Assembly (NCBI RefSeq): GCF_009834535.1
Contig: NC_045696.1
Location: forward strand, 2,916,001 to 2,980,000
Source: Camelus ferus
Taxonomy: Eukaryota
Length of the DNA stretch: 64,000 nucleotides
Reading direction: 5' to 3'
Shown: piece after piece, positions 1-12,522 of the stretch
Layout: every line of letters begins with the position of its first letter
Position numbering within the stretch: position 1 is the first letter of the stretch
Translations under genes and position numbers: made by a program
Notes under the pieces: generated by a model
Seen by the model: the letters and a program-made list of their open reading frames with translations, nothing else
What the model was told of the DNA's origin: nothing
Database searches by the model: none

Positions 1-922
1 GAACTCGCAGCTCCCACGCACTGACTGGTTGGACATGTCATCGGGTTTACTCGCTAGAAAACACCCCGAGACACAGGCCAGCACAGGCCCTGCCCAGCGG
101 CCAGGCCGGGTGGGGGCGGGGTCTGTGCTTCGCCGGGCTTCCGTGTCCTGGGAGACCACGCGAGTGGAAGTGGGTCCCTGAGGAGATTCCAGGCGACCGT
201 GATGGGATGGCGACCGCTCAGCGAGTAAAGCCCTTTCCTGCGACCTGCAGGGACGTCCACCTGCTGACCTCGACCGAGCGCATGAGTGATCCCGGGGCGG
301 CCGCTCTGTGTCACAGAAAAGCCCATGAGTCCGTAGGTTTTGGTGGCCTGAAGCCCACGCGGAGAGACTTCTTGTTTCTTGGGGTTCAGAAAAGGGGGAG
401 TAAGTGATGTTGTCAGGTAAGAGACTAAACCAAAAAACTCCAGGTTTGGGTTTTCTCGGCAGAAGAGAAATGTTAAAGAACTTTCTTGCTGTAAGAAGCA
501 ACTCTCGGTCCCCGAGTCCTCACTGCCCCTCGTCCGGCCGTGACGCAGGTGCCCATGTCCCCTCGCCTCGCTCTCAGCAGAACCTCCAGTGGAAGCCCCT
601 TCTGGAAATTCTCCCCAATGCGTTGGAGGCCCCCCACCCCCGGGGGGGCACAGCAGCCAGCCTGGGGGTCAGGACATGGCCCTGGGGACGCTCTGGGGAC
701 ATGTGCAGTCAGAGCCCAGGTGCAAGGCCCCTCACCTGCTCCTCGGGTCCGGTGCCCCTTCCTGAGTTCAGGGCCTTCCCGAGCCCACCAGGGGCAGTCT
801 GAATGAAAATTTGGAGAATCACGTTGAAAGAAAAGGAGAGAGGAGAAGCCAAGGAGGAGAGCGACGGGGACGCCCCCGTCTGGTCCCCGAGACGCTGGCC
901 CCTGGGCAGCCCCCTCACTCAC

Positions 923-997
923 CTCGTTGGGCTCCCAGAGCCAGACGTCGAAGGTGGGCTTCCGCAGGGCTTCTATGGTCTCGGGGGAGAGCAGGTA
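923..997 (-). CDS. PDE9A: PDE9A coding exon 10 (75 nt): [25 protein letters not shown], start of catalytic domain
   Basis: cgtcctccccag|TACCTGCTC...CCCAACGAG|gtgagt; phase 0 to 0. Confidence 0.97.
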
Positions 998-2517
998 CTG
1001 GGGAGGACGGGGGAGCGGCGTCAGCCGGCCCTGAGACAAAGGCACGGGTGCCTTCCCCACCCCCCACCCAGGGCACCTGCGCACAGACCCAAAGGTTACA
1101 TCCCACGAGAATTCTGGAGAGGATGAAACTGCGGGGACAGACCTCCCACCCGCGGTGGCCGGGGGCAGGGCAAGATCTCCGGGAATGACCACCCTGGGGA
1201 CGAGGGGACTTTTGGGGACACAGAAAGAACATTTACACCTGACGGTGGGGGAGGCTGCGTGGCCGTGTGTCTGTCGCACTTCACAGCACAGGGCGCCCAC
1301 GGCAGGCGGCCTTTATTGCGTGCTAACGACATCTCGACAAACCTGACTGACAGACGCGCAGTGAAGTGGAGTCAAGGGAACTGTTTTTTACTTGGCATAA
1401 ATTCAAATACTGCCCACGAAGCTATTGTGATGGCTTTTTGGCGGGGGGAGCCTGTCACTGGCTTAGCTATGGGCTCTGACTGCAGTTTGCTGAGGGGGCT
1501 GGAGCCGGGGGAGGTCAGAGTCCAGGCCACACTGTGACAAGAAAGAGCAGATTTTAGACAGAAGACAGTCACAGTGTTTGAGAATTAGATGTATTTGTCT
1601 CTGAGGTCCTTCTGTTTGTTTTTTAAAAAGGGATCTGCAGTGGAGGTTGGGCATCCTTTGTTTGGCCCCAGGCTGGGCCTTGGGACCCCGGACAGGACAG
1701 GGTCCTGAGACGTGGGCCACGAGCTCCTATGGGAAAAGGCTCTGGGGTCCATGTGAAAACCTCGGACGGTATTTAGCTCGTCCTTCACACCTGAGGGGGG
1801 ACACCCTGGCGGGAAGGCTCTGGGGGGCTTTGCTGCTGCAGGGACAGCAGGGGGACCTGCCTTGTGCACGGCCAGGCCCCCGTCTGCAGGGTCCCGGCTG
1901 CCGCGAAGCCCAAATCTGAGCACGAGGGCGCGTCAATCAGTGGGGCTGGGTTCCTCTCAGTCACCGGCTGAAGGCATTGGTGACGGGGTGACCACCAGCA
2001 CCAGACCCTCCTTTTGTAATTGTTTGAAGACCCCTCCCTCAGTTCCCAGGGCGCTGCTGCTTTAACAAGGGCCCGGGGTCCCCAGTAACTGAGAAATTCT
2101 TTGTGACAATAAAGCAAAACTTCTAATAGCTCCATACTGTTCAGGGCCAGGAGATGCAATGAAGCAGATTTTAAATAATTGAGCTAAAAGTGAAAGTTCT
2201 TTAAAGTAACATTTGAGTGTATAAACCGCTGGCCAAGGGGGCGATGGGGGGCTGGGCGGACACCAGCGAGGGGCCATTATCTCTCGGCACAGTCAGCTCT
2301 GGCCTGGGCCACTTTTGCTACACAAACGTCACAGAGAAAATACATTCCACCTAAGAATTACAGGAGGGTTCCACAGCCCAGGGCCCTGGAGGGAGCTGGT
2401 TTTGCAAATGTGCAGACAGTTGGCGGCCAGGAGGCCAGGGTGACTGGGGGGGGGGGGGACCGCGCCCTAGGGCTGCAGACACAGCCCCGTTTCTTCAGAG
2501 GCAGGACCTCATCTTAC

Positions 2518-2599
2518 CTTGGGATATGCGGGGACATCACGTCGAGGCGTCAACTTCTTAGTGCTATCCAAGAAACTGTACTTACAGGGACAGCTGGTC
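2518..2599 (-). CDS. PDE9A: PDE9A coding exon 9 (82 nt): (R)[27 protein letters not shown]
   Basis: cttctctgcag|GACCAGCTGT...TATCCCAAG|gtaaga; phase 2 to 0. Confidence 0.97.
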
Positions 2600-3065
2600 C
2601 TGCAGAGAAGAGCCAAGATCAATTCTGGCGCCACTGCGTCGGCCCTGGTGTTCACCCGGGCGGCGGCCTGTGGGGCTCTCATCGCAACAAGAACAAAAAA
2701 CCCCAAAGCCCAAACCCAGCCCAAACCCCACGAGCCCCTCTGGCCTCGTTTGTTGTGGAAGAATAAGTCATAAAGCCAAGGATGCCGCGTGGCCGAACCG
2801 GGAGCACTCCGCCTGCACCTCCCGAGCAACACTGAGGCCTCGGGAAACCCACCACCTTCATCTCAGAGAAGCTCCGAAAACTCTTTTCAGTGATGCAAGC
2901 AAAACAGTTATTCTAAAAAAATTGAAAAGAAAAGAAATAAAAAAAGTCAGCCCCATCTCACCCACTTCCTTCCTCTGAATCTCACACCTGGAAGTGCCTT
3001 CTGTTAAGTTTTGGAGTCTCCTAGAATTGTGCTCGGCATAGACGCACACGGACAGCCTCTGCGGC

Positions 3066-3185
3066 TTTTGTTGAGGGGGGAAGTAATTAGGTTTATCTAT
3101 GTATTTCAAATGGAGGCCCTGGGGGTGGAACCCAGGACCTCACGCACGCTAGGCACGCGCTCTGCCACTGAGCTCTCCCTTCCCC
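3066..3185 (-). mobile_element. tRNA-derived SINE (camelid Vic-1-like)
   Basis: Reverse complement has A-box-like AGCTCAGTGG, B-box-like GGTTCCACCCC and the AAACCTAATTAC-CCCCCC tail shared by the other copies in the window. Confidence 0.9.
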
Positions 3186-3699
3186 CGCTCCTGGTACTTT
3201 CAACAAGGATGGAACTGCACCAAACTTGCTCTTTGGCAATTTGTTTTTTCCCACTGAACATGCCACCAACTCATTGCTTCTGCCTCAAAGAGCTCAACCT
3301 CACCAAAAAGCAAGTCCTCCTCTGGGCCCCGGGAGGGGTGGGCCGCACGTCACCCACCCCGCCTCCCGCGATGGACTTGCAAGGTGTCCCCAGCTGTCTG
3401 CACTACACATGTTGAGAGATGAATCCACTACCTGACTGCTCTTTGTTACTTAACATCAAGGCATCGCCCACAAGAACAGAACAAAAAGAACCCGGTGGTT
3501 TTAGGGGGATCCACTTCCCGACGTCAGGGGTGAGTGTGCTGGCCTGTGGGTCATAGCATGAGGCTGCAGGTGGGGGCTGCCCCAGACCTGGCACCCCACC
3601 TGGCACCTTAACTGAAGGTGTTCTCCATCCTCCCCTGAACAGGGAGGACAGCAGGGAAGGGGGGTAGGTTCCACACCCGATTCGTGTGAGATTCCCAGG

Positions 3700-4230
3700 C
3701 TGGGGGTGGGACCAGCACAGAAGCTCATGCGGTTTGTAAATACAGCTCCATCTTCCGGAAGAGCAGTTTAATACCATATCATAGCATCCTTTAAGCTGCA
3801 TGTCTCCTCTGGGAAATTTACCTTAAGAAAAGAATTAGATGCAAACCAACAGCGCGAAGGTATTCATCTCTGTGTTATCTGTTGCTGCAAAACCATGAAA
3901 TCAAACCAGAAAGCCAGCAGGGTGTCCCCAAATGGGAAATAGCTGAGACCATTACGGCACATCAGCGAGGTGGACCGTTACGTGGGCTCTGAGACGGTTA
4001 CGAGCACTGTGCGGGGCGAGGGGACTTCAGGTGAAAGGGAAGACTCTTCCTTGTGTACAGTACGTCCTAAAAAGTTGTGCAAAACCATTCGCCAAGACAC
4101 GAGACTAAAAGAAATCAGCTGGCAGATGAAAGCAAGTGCAGACCCCACGGCTTTCTGGACAAACGTATGATGCTGCGGGTCGGTGACATTTTGATCTATT
4201 TATTGCTCACAACGTTGTAAATGAAAAGAG
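3700..4230 (+). mobile_element. Old L1 (L1ME-like) 3' fragment
   Basis: Degenerate motifs such as ctgggaaatttaccttaagaaa; boundaries approximate. Confidence 0.45.
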
Positions 4231-4918
4231 AATACAACACAGTATTTCTTAGCCGTTTGTCAAAACTCGGTGGGACTCTGTTCCTAGAAAAACACCTGGG
4301 AAGCTCAGGACTGGATTCCCGCCGGGAGCGTCGCGGTCCCTGCTGTCACCACGGATTCACCCCCCCATCAGCAGAGGCGGGAGGTTTTACAAGGAGGCTA
4401 CGTGGCCTGACAGACTCGGAATAACACGTCTAATTCCTTTTTGCAAAAAGAGCATTTGGTATTATTTTCTTGGCGTGCTGTTATTCCTTCTCTTGAGCCG
4501 ATGTTTGCAAAAATCATCAGACTTGCTTCATGCGTGGAGGGTCTTTTAAGACAGACGTAGTGAAACAGTGACAAAACCAAGAAAAGGCACCAAGCAAGTG
4601 ATTTCCACGGTCACCCCTGTAAGCGAGAGGAGTCCCGTTTACACACTCCTGAGCAGGGGAACTTGGTCTTAAGAACACGGTGTCGTCATGATTCCTTTTC
4701 TGCTTTTAACCTCTTTGCACACACGCCCACGCCTGGGCTGCCCAGGGAAGTCCTGCTCCTTCCCCGGAGGGCTGTGTAAGCTTTCACCACGCCAGGTGTG
4801 GGAATCCAGCTGCTTCCTCGAACATCCCAGCACTGGGAGCGTCTGCTGGGGCCTGGTGCCTCCTGCCAGGGCCGCCCCACCTCGGCCAGGCGCCCCCCGC
4901 CTGCTCCCTCTGCGCCCC

Positions 4919-4932
4919 GTTGCCATGGGAAC
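4919..4932. promoter_or_regulatory. RFX X-box motif GTTGCCATGGGAAC
   Basis: One mismatch from the palindrome GTTGCCATGGCAAC, in a CpG-rich patch with nearby CAGCTG E-boxes. Confidence 0.55.
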
Positions 4933-6556
4933 CAGCCTCCCCCAGCTGACAGTGCCTTTTCCTTTCATTCTACTTGGGGCTTGTTTTTGCTTTCATTTTC
5001 TGTGCTCCCAGCCTCCCCTCCTCTGGGGCTCCCCGTCCGGTGGTCAAGGTCGTTTATTGGGGATGAAAGTGGCGATTACAGACCCCAGAACCCTCAGATG
5101 CCGCCCTGTGCTCTGCAGCCCCCGCCGGGGTGAGCCAGCAAGCTCCACTCCGTGCAGGCACGTGCTCAGCAAGGCCCGGCCCTGCCCCACATGTGGGCAA
5201 TCACCTTCTTCGTTCATGGCGGAAAACCCAAGAGAGACCCAGGGCATGTGTCTCAGGGGACAGCAGTCTGTTCGGGGGGTGTTTGTGGGTCTGCGCCCGA
5301 CCGGATCACTGACCCCACTCCCCCAGGGCAAGGTGGCCGTGGGCCACTTGGACTCCCAGCTCTGAGGACCCGCTGCGGCATGCTCGTGTGGGCGAAGGTG
5401 GTCCGCACTTAAGGTTTCCTGGCCGCCTGAGTGGGTCCCCCTCCTCCCCGGCCTGGTGCCTTTGATCCCCTCTGGCCACCCCCTGAGGCAGGATCCCCGA
5501 GCAGCTGGGCTGACGTCGTCCCGTGTGATTTCTCCCCCCCCCCGCCCCTGCAGTCTGGGCGAGGTCCCAGGTAACAAGCCTGGTCCCAGGAGGCTGAATG
5601 GCTACACGGCCCCTCCGCCTGATTAAAGCAGAGCCCCGCCGTCAACAGAGACGGAAGAGGCGGTGCAAATGGCTTGTCCTCCATCTGCATCCATTCCTTC
5701 GTGAAGGAGAGGGCACGGCTGTCTGGGCCCCTGGGCCAGGGTCCGAGGTGGCTGCTGTGGGTTAGACCTGAGCCCTGAGACTGGATTTCTTTTTCCCAGC
5801 TGTGTCGCAGTGTGTGAGCTCTCACGCCATTCTGTTTTTGACTGAAGAGTCACAATAACCCGTCTCTCACCTACATGGGATGCTGTAAAAACTGCCTGCC
5901 GAGAACACGCTGCCTCCAGGAGCAGTCAGGGCACTGGGGAGGCTCCTCTCGGATTATTGCGCTGTGAGCTCCAAAAATGTGCTTCCTGGGGGAGCAGGGA
6001 GGAGGCCCTGCCACCGGGACGAGGCTCAGCTCGGCCCGCTCCACCCCCGACGGACACCCGCAGGTGACAGCTCGCCTCCCACGAGCTCTGAAGCTGGGCG
6101 GCTCTTCCCCAGGTGGCGCGTGGCGACCCCCGAGAGTCATGCTGAAGTCCTGGCCCCATGCACCTGCGACGGTGACCTCGCTTGGGGATAGGGTTGTTAC
6201 AAGTGTAATGAGTTCAGACTGGCCATACTGGAGGAGGGTGGCCCCAGACCCAATGTGACTGGTGCCCTTTTAAAAGGGGACATCGTGACAGAGACAGACA
6301 CACACAGAGAAATGGCCCAGGGAAGACGGGGGCAGAGACCGGAGGGGCGCTCTCCGAGCCGAGGGACGGCACGCGCCGCTGAGAACCGCCAGGAGCTAGA
6401 AGAGCGCCTGGGACAGTCTCCCGGGAGCCGGGCCCTCCGGGTGCCCGCGTCAGACCCCTGGCACGCCTCCTGCTTTTGAACCACAAAGCCCTACCATGTC
6501 AGTGCTCCAGTCTGTGCTTTTGTTTTCTAAAGACTTTCTTTTTCACTGTATTACAC

Positions 6557-6665
6557 TTGGGGGGCGGGGGGAGGCAATTAGGCTTATTTATTTGTTTAAT
6601 GGAGGTGGTGGGGACCGAGCCCAGGACCTGGGCACGCTAAGCACGCGCTCCACCACGGCGCTATG
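6557..6665 (-). mobile_element. tRNA-derived SINE (Vic-1-like)
   Basis: gaggcaattaggcttatttatttg...ccaggacctgggcacgctaagcacgcgctccaccac; same family as the other copies. Confidence 0.88.
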
Positions 6666-7364
6666 TTACAGCCGCCACAGGAAACTAGTACCACTTGGGT
6701 GGAAGTTTGTTTTTCCTCTTGCAACCTGCCCTGCGGGGCCAGCGCACACAGGAAACCACACCAGGGGCGCACGTCACCCTGCCCCCGCCCGGCTCCCACG
6801 GAACAGGAGTGGGGGGTGTGCATCAGAGGGGGCCGGTGACACGATGGGGCAGGCCAGCCAGGCGGGGGCTGGCGACTTACCCCTGGCTGCTCTCGATTTA
6901 GTCACTTGGGAAGGTAGGAGAGGCTGCCTTACAAAATGCCTCCTGCTTTTGAACCACAAGGTTGTACCCCTGAAACTGATAGAATACTGTAAATCAACTA
7001 TACCAATCCCCCCAAACCAAACCCCAAACTGCCTCCTGTAAGTGATTTGTGGGCTCTCTGGACACAGCACATCTGCGGGTGAGGCGATCCCACAGAGGGG
7101 GACCTGTGGGGACCGCGGCCCACCAGGCACCACCCTCTCGCCCCAGCGGACACGGCACACGGCTGCGACTGCCAGTATGGGGCTGGTGGCAGAGGGACTG
7201 AGGTAGGGCTTGGCTGACTGGCTTTTCTCCCCCGGGCATCAGGACTGGCCACAGGATGGAGGTCCAGCACGTGGCAGCCGGGGCGCAAGGGCAGCTAGAG
7301 GGCTGAGCCTGAGGGTGACACTGTGACCAGAGGCGTGGTGGCCCCAGCATCCTTGCAGCTTGCA

Positions 7365-7377
7365 GTTGCCAGGCAAC
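7365..7377. promoter_or_regulatory. RFX X-box motif GTTGCCAGGCAAC
   Basis: Two perfect inverted half-sites GTTGCC/GGCAAC with a 1-nt spacer. Confidence 0.5.
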
Positions 7378-7967
7378 TCCAGGGCTCCTCCAGGTTACAT
7401 GAGGGTCTCTCTCCTGACCCCAAACAGCCTCTCACTATGAGGATGCAGGGATGAATCGTTCGCTCACAATTTTCTGTTGTCACAAACTCCTTCACCCAAC
7501 TTCCTCCAAATCGAGTGGACTGAGACATCACGAAATCCAAATTAGCTGACAAGTATGTGGGATGTGAACTCGGCAGTGTCCTGGTAAGTCACACACGGAC
7601 GTGGCTCTGAGCCCGTGAGGCTACTCCCCGGGCCTGCCGCGAGGCCGCCAGCCCCGCCGTACTCCGCTGGGACCAAGCCGCCGCCATCAGCATCCCTGTG
7701 CCTCCGGCCCCGCAGGCCCTTCCACTCGGCCACGCTCCACACGAAGCAGGTTGCTCTCAATTTTTAAAACACAGGGGATGAGCTTCAAGATGTTAGATGT
7801 TCTCCATAGGACAATTTGGTGCATTGGCACAGGGCTTCTCAGGTCCAGTAGTCCCATTAAATCCTCTGAGGTCTGGCTGTAACTGCAGCATCCTTAGTGG
7901 CCCCCTGGATGGTAACCGTGGGCGTGAAGAAGCCCAAGGGAGCAGACAGGTGTGAGCGGGTCCTGGT

Positions 7968-8058
7968 GCGTCCAGCCCCGCACGCTGCAGGTGCTCAATG
8001 CGTGTGCAGCGTCCAGCCCCGCACGCTGCAGGTGCTCAATGCGTGTGCAGCGTCCAGC
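7968..8058. repeat. Perfect tandem repeat, 41-bp unit x 2.2
   Basis: gcgtccagccccgcacgctgcaggtgctcaatgcgtgtgca starts at 7968 and 8009, with a partial third copy at 8050. Confidence 0.95.
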
Positions 8059-8700
8059 ATCATCTTGGCTGACCTTGTGTGTTTCTGTCCTCAGCCTGAA
8101 CATCTGCTTTGGATGTGGCTTTGGTAGAGGGTCCGGCTGTACCCCAAACCTCACTTCTGAGGCAGGGGGCATTTTTTCCATGAGTTTTGGAAACCTGGTC
8201 CACCTCACGCTGGCTCCCCAAGGGCACATGTGGAGGGACCCTTGTTCCGCAGGACAAGTGGTTTCTGTGTCCAGAATGGCTGAACCTCGTGGCACAGTTC
8301 CCCTGACCTGCTGCTCTGTGCTGTGGGGACATCCCCATGGGAGCGGGGCCTCTGGGGCACCCGGACACTCATCCCCTGTAAGCCAAAGGCTGTTCTGCTT
8401 TGATTGCCCGCTTTCTTAAAAAATCAGTGTCAACTTCATTCAAGGAGAGAAGTGAATCCTAACACTGATCTGCAGGAAGGTCATTCTCCCTCCCTGTGAA
8501 GTCATCCTCTTGGCCTCCATCTGCCGTAAACGCTCCTTTATGATAAGAAAGCTGTGTAATCGAAAAGCAAATCCCAGATGGTGCCACCCCAGCCAGAGCT
8601 GAGTCAGACCTTCAGCCTTGCTTCTGGGAAAACGCAGCCCCTCCCACCCCCGTATGTTCACATGGAGCTCTGCCCCAGGCTCATCTGGCGCGGACCTTAC

Positions 8701-8785
8701 CTGTTGCTTCTGGCTGCCAGCTCCTCCCTCATCTTTCTAATATCGCTCTTGCATTTCTCAATCTCCACCACTTTCAGTCCTTCCA
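8701..8785 (-). CDS. PDE9A: PDE9A coding exon 8 (85 nt): (L)[27 protein letters not shown](R)
   Basis: tctctctgtcaccag|TGGAAGGA...AGCAACAG|gtaagg; phase 1 to 2. Confidence 0.97.
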
Positions 8786-11066
8786 CTGGTGACAGAGAGA
8801 AACAACGGGGTCACCATGGATATGCGAGGCCGGTGACTGGGGGCTCCCACGTCCCCCGGGGGTAAGCTGGCCTGGGCAGTGGTTGCCACTCCCTCCAGGC
8901 TGCAAATACTCAGGGTCTCACCCTCAATCAGCCCACCACAGATGACTCACGTGGCGGGTCTGTTCTGTGGCCCAGAGAGAAGCATCGCGATCATCTGTGT
9001 GGCCCCTTGGGAGGGAAGCCCCTTCCCCTCCCATTCCCTGAATCTGAATCTCCACTCTTCCCGCACCCACTTCTCGCTTTCTTTCCATATCCCTGAGCAC
9101 CAGCCTGAGGACACGGGACAGAGAGTCTTTTATCCCCGAAAGGAAAAGGGGGTATGTGTTCTCAGGGCATTAAAATGCAATGAAGGGCTCAGTGGTTGCA
9201 AAACCACAGCCTTCCCAGCAAGGATTAAAATTTCATTAAGATAAGCTTTTAAGTTAAAAAAATTTCATTAAGATAAAAGCTTTGCATTTTAAGGTCCTCT
9301 GTAGAGCAGTTCACCAGGAGAAGTGTTCGCTTGAAATGGATGCGAAATGAACAAACCAGGTTAAGACCAGGCTGAGAGACCCTGGTCTTGGTCTCATCCC
9401 CGGGGTCCTGCTTCGGGGGGGGGGGTCCCCTAAGTCAGGACACTATTTTCATCAAAGGATGGACTGACGCTTATGCCTGCAAGCGAGTATTCAACTCAAG
9501 ACGTTCACCCTCGCAGGTGCACATTTAGCCCAGCAATCCTGCAAGCTTTGGAAAGGCTTTTAAATCAGAGTCAGTTCATAGGAAATAAAAAAAGATTAGT
9601 TTTGTTACTTTGTAATCACCGCTCAATTTTCATGCAAAAAGATACTACCCACAATGCCACTCACTCCGCCTTTTCATCAAGCGTGGCTCTGAATATGGCT
9701 AAAAATAACCTGCGGATGGTTTCTAAAAACAAAGCAACTCAATGACTTCCACTGGTTCCCACCAATCCCCTCCCACCCGGAGGGACTCTCAAGACTCTGG
9801 AGCTCACATCGGGGGAGACGCTTCCTGGTGCCAGGCTCTGGGCAGCCTGGCAGGGACCATAACCTCCCTGCGTGGGTTTTCTGAAGTTTACAGCGTCAGG
9901 GGCCAAGCAGGGGCAAGGCTACAGGAAACCACTGCTTCTTTCTGCCCAAATGGCAGGAATCTGGAGGATCTGGTGTTCAGATCTGGTCCCGGTGATCTGC
10001 GTCTGCGTGCGTGGGATGCTGTGGGAGAGGCCCTTCTGTACCAGGACACGGGACCAGCGAGGTGGGGAAGCACAGGGAACTAGCCCTCTGTACTCTGGGC
10101 TCCCACCAAGAGCCCACGCCCTCCTTCTGGAGCCGGTGCTCTCAGCACTTCTCGGCATCTCAGATCCTGTGAGGAGGTGGATGAAACCACGGGCCTCTTC
10201 TAAGAAAAGACACATCACCATGACCCTTGATGGTTTGCACTGAAACCAGCACACAGCCTCCCAGGGTGCTCCTTGGCCTCGGTCCCACTGCGGGAAGCTA
10301 CCCCCACAGAGGAGGGGGCCACGGCGGGGCTGTGTCTGCAGGGCTGCCGTGGGGACGCTGATGTCAGCAAATGGTACACTCAACATCAGTGGTAGGAAGG
10401 GGCTGGGGAAGGGGCTGTGAACACGTGAAGCGCAGACAGTTTCATCAAGTTGAACATATCCAGGGCAGAGACCTGGCATGTGGCGTAGACTTGGACCCAG
10501 AAGCGAACAGATCTGGGGAAGAGACTGCGCACGCAGTGCGGAGTCCGAGCAGGGTAGCTGCATCCTGCCAGTCAAGGTCCACGGTTACATTTATTACATT
10601 TTGAACACCATTTTTCTAAACACAAAATAACCTGTGATCCTTGCAGAAAATGGAGTTAATACAGAGCATCTCAAAGGTATCTGTGACCCTACTGGCCCAG
10701 AAAACAACTCATTTAATATTATATATATTGATTCCAGGCATTTTTCCCACCCTCGTGCTTTCTAAGTATCTATCTGTCGATCTGTTCTTAATTTTTAAAA
10801 AGACAAAACTGGAATCATGCTGCTGTTTCCCTGTTTGCTCTTTTCCGTCATCAGTTAAGTCAAGGATGCTGTTTCTCTCAGCAGCTGCCTCCAGATCATG
10901 GTTTTTGGTGGGGGCCTCGTGTTTGATTAATTGATGTATTTCAGACTCCTTGGCCACTGATGGCAGGTGATGTGAAGATGAAGCCTTTTGGGCAACATAG
11001 TACCGTATTGCTAATCTGAATCTCAGAGATTCAGAATTTCTGGCAATTAGGTTCATGAAGAGCCTG

Positions 11067-11080
11067 GTTGCCAAGGAGAC
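11067..11080. promoter_or_regulatory. RFX X-box-like motif GTTGCCAAGGAGAC
   Basis: Reverse complement GTCTCCTTGGCAAC fits the X-box pattern. Confidence 0.45.
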
Positions 11081-12496
11081 TGATAGTGAGTAATGAGGTG
11101 GCAGAAATGCATTAATCGATGGGAGAGAAAAGCAATGCGTGGTGGGAATTAAAGAGACAGACCGCAGGGGGAGGCCGGGAGACGGCCAGAGCCACGGCGG
11201 AGTCAGGCACCAGCAGCCCTGGGCCGTGGGCTCCCCGGCCTTGCTGGAGCTGGGCTGCCTGTGGGAAGATTCCCCAGCTGCCCCGCGGGCCATCCCACCC
11301 TGGCGGAGGGAGAAGGCCGCCGGCACTGGGCCTCCCCGCAGGTCCTGCCCCGACAGGGCGACGATGGCTGAGACGCTGTCAGGTTCCTCTGCCAGGGCCC
11401 ACGCATTCCCCTCAAGCTTTAACTGGGCACAGAGCAGATCCCCGAACTAAAGCAGAGGCGCCCCAGTCCCCACCCAGCACTGGAGGCCCCGCTTTATTCT
11501 CCCCATCCAGGCGCGGGCCCCAGGCAGGCTGACTGGCAGAGGTGGCGTCACCTGGACGCCGCTGTCCTCTCTGGGACATTAGAAGGGGCTCTGTGGGCCT
11601 CCACAGGCCACGGCCGCCCTGATGCCGAGAACCTTTAGGAGTGATTTCCTAAGAAGGACGCCGGCTTTGGGGACAGGGCCCCAGACAACAGCACAGCATG
11701 GTCACGGTCACGGTCATGGAGGCAGCTCCATCCACCCTCTTCTCCATCCGCCCCGCCCGGCTCTCCCAAGAGGCCGCCAAGGGCAGGTGGGGCCTGGCTG
11801 GGCTGCAGAGCTTCCAGAGCTGTTTCCAGACACACGAAGGGGGCAGCGTTTCAGTGCTTCCTCCAAAGACTTCAGTAAGGAACCTGCACAAAGCACGCTT
11901 CCCTGGGTGACAAGGGGAAAAGCAAGGTCCGGTCTCAGCCTCGCGTTTTCTGGGTTGTTCGCAGGACCCGCGGTGAACATTGCCCCCGGGGCCAGCTCTC
12001 CAGCATGTGGGTTGTGGGCCAGGCCGGGGCACAGGACAAAGGCTGGAGGCAGAGTCCCTGGCATGGCGGCCCGTGTCCCACAAACAAGGAAGGAAGGGGG
12101 GCCCTGGACGGTCCCCCTCCAACCAGGAAGCCAGGGAGGTCCTGCTTGTCCTGTGTTTATGCAACGGCCTCTAACCTCCACGAGGCCCAGGCTCCTCGCA
12201 GAAGGAAAGCACTATCTGGTAAAAGGAAGAAGAGCTTTGAAGGTGAATTAAGAGGAATGGCGGAATTTATGTTGGATTCCAAAGAATCACATGCTTGAGA
12301 AGGTAAAGAAAAAAAAAGGCAGGAAATTCCACTTAAAACAAGCCGACCAGCGCCCTGTGGTTAACAGATGGCAGCTCTAATGGTGCCTCCTTGAGCAACA
12401 GAAGCAGAAACAGCTCCTAACACAGCAGCTCACACAGGCCAGACAAAGCGTGTGTGAGCGTGTGTGTGGAGGCATGTGCCTGCTCTGTGTGTTTAC

Positions 12497-12522
12497 GTGT
12501 GTGTGTGTGTGTGTGTGTGTGT
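12497..12522. repeat. (TG)n microsatellite with degenerate TG-rich flank from ~12449
   Basis: Direct reading. Confidence 0.95.

Noticed and set aside
54..326. Possible PDE9A exon 11
   Set aside because: No MLSCLEHMYHDLGLVRDF-like translation seen on the minus strand.
473..1300. 275-aa minus-strand ORF
   Set aside because: Only 923-997 is real (exon 10, bounded by AG/GT); the rest is intronic read-through.
6105..6120. CTCF-like motif ccccaggtggcgc (similar at ~15150 and ~35833)
   Set aside because: Imperfect matches are common by chance in GC-rich DNA; unsupported without ChIP or conservation data.
9227..9280. Short local duplication aaaatttcattaagataa (also agcagagctaaaa at ~36268-36305)
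   Set aside because: Ordinary slippage duplications with no sign of function.
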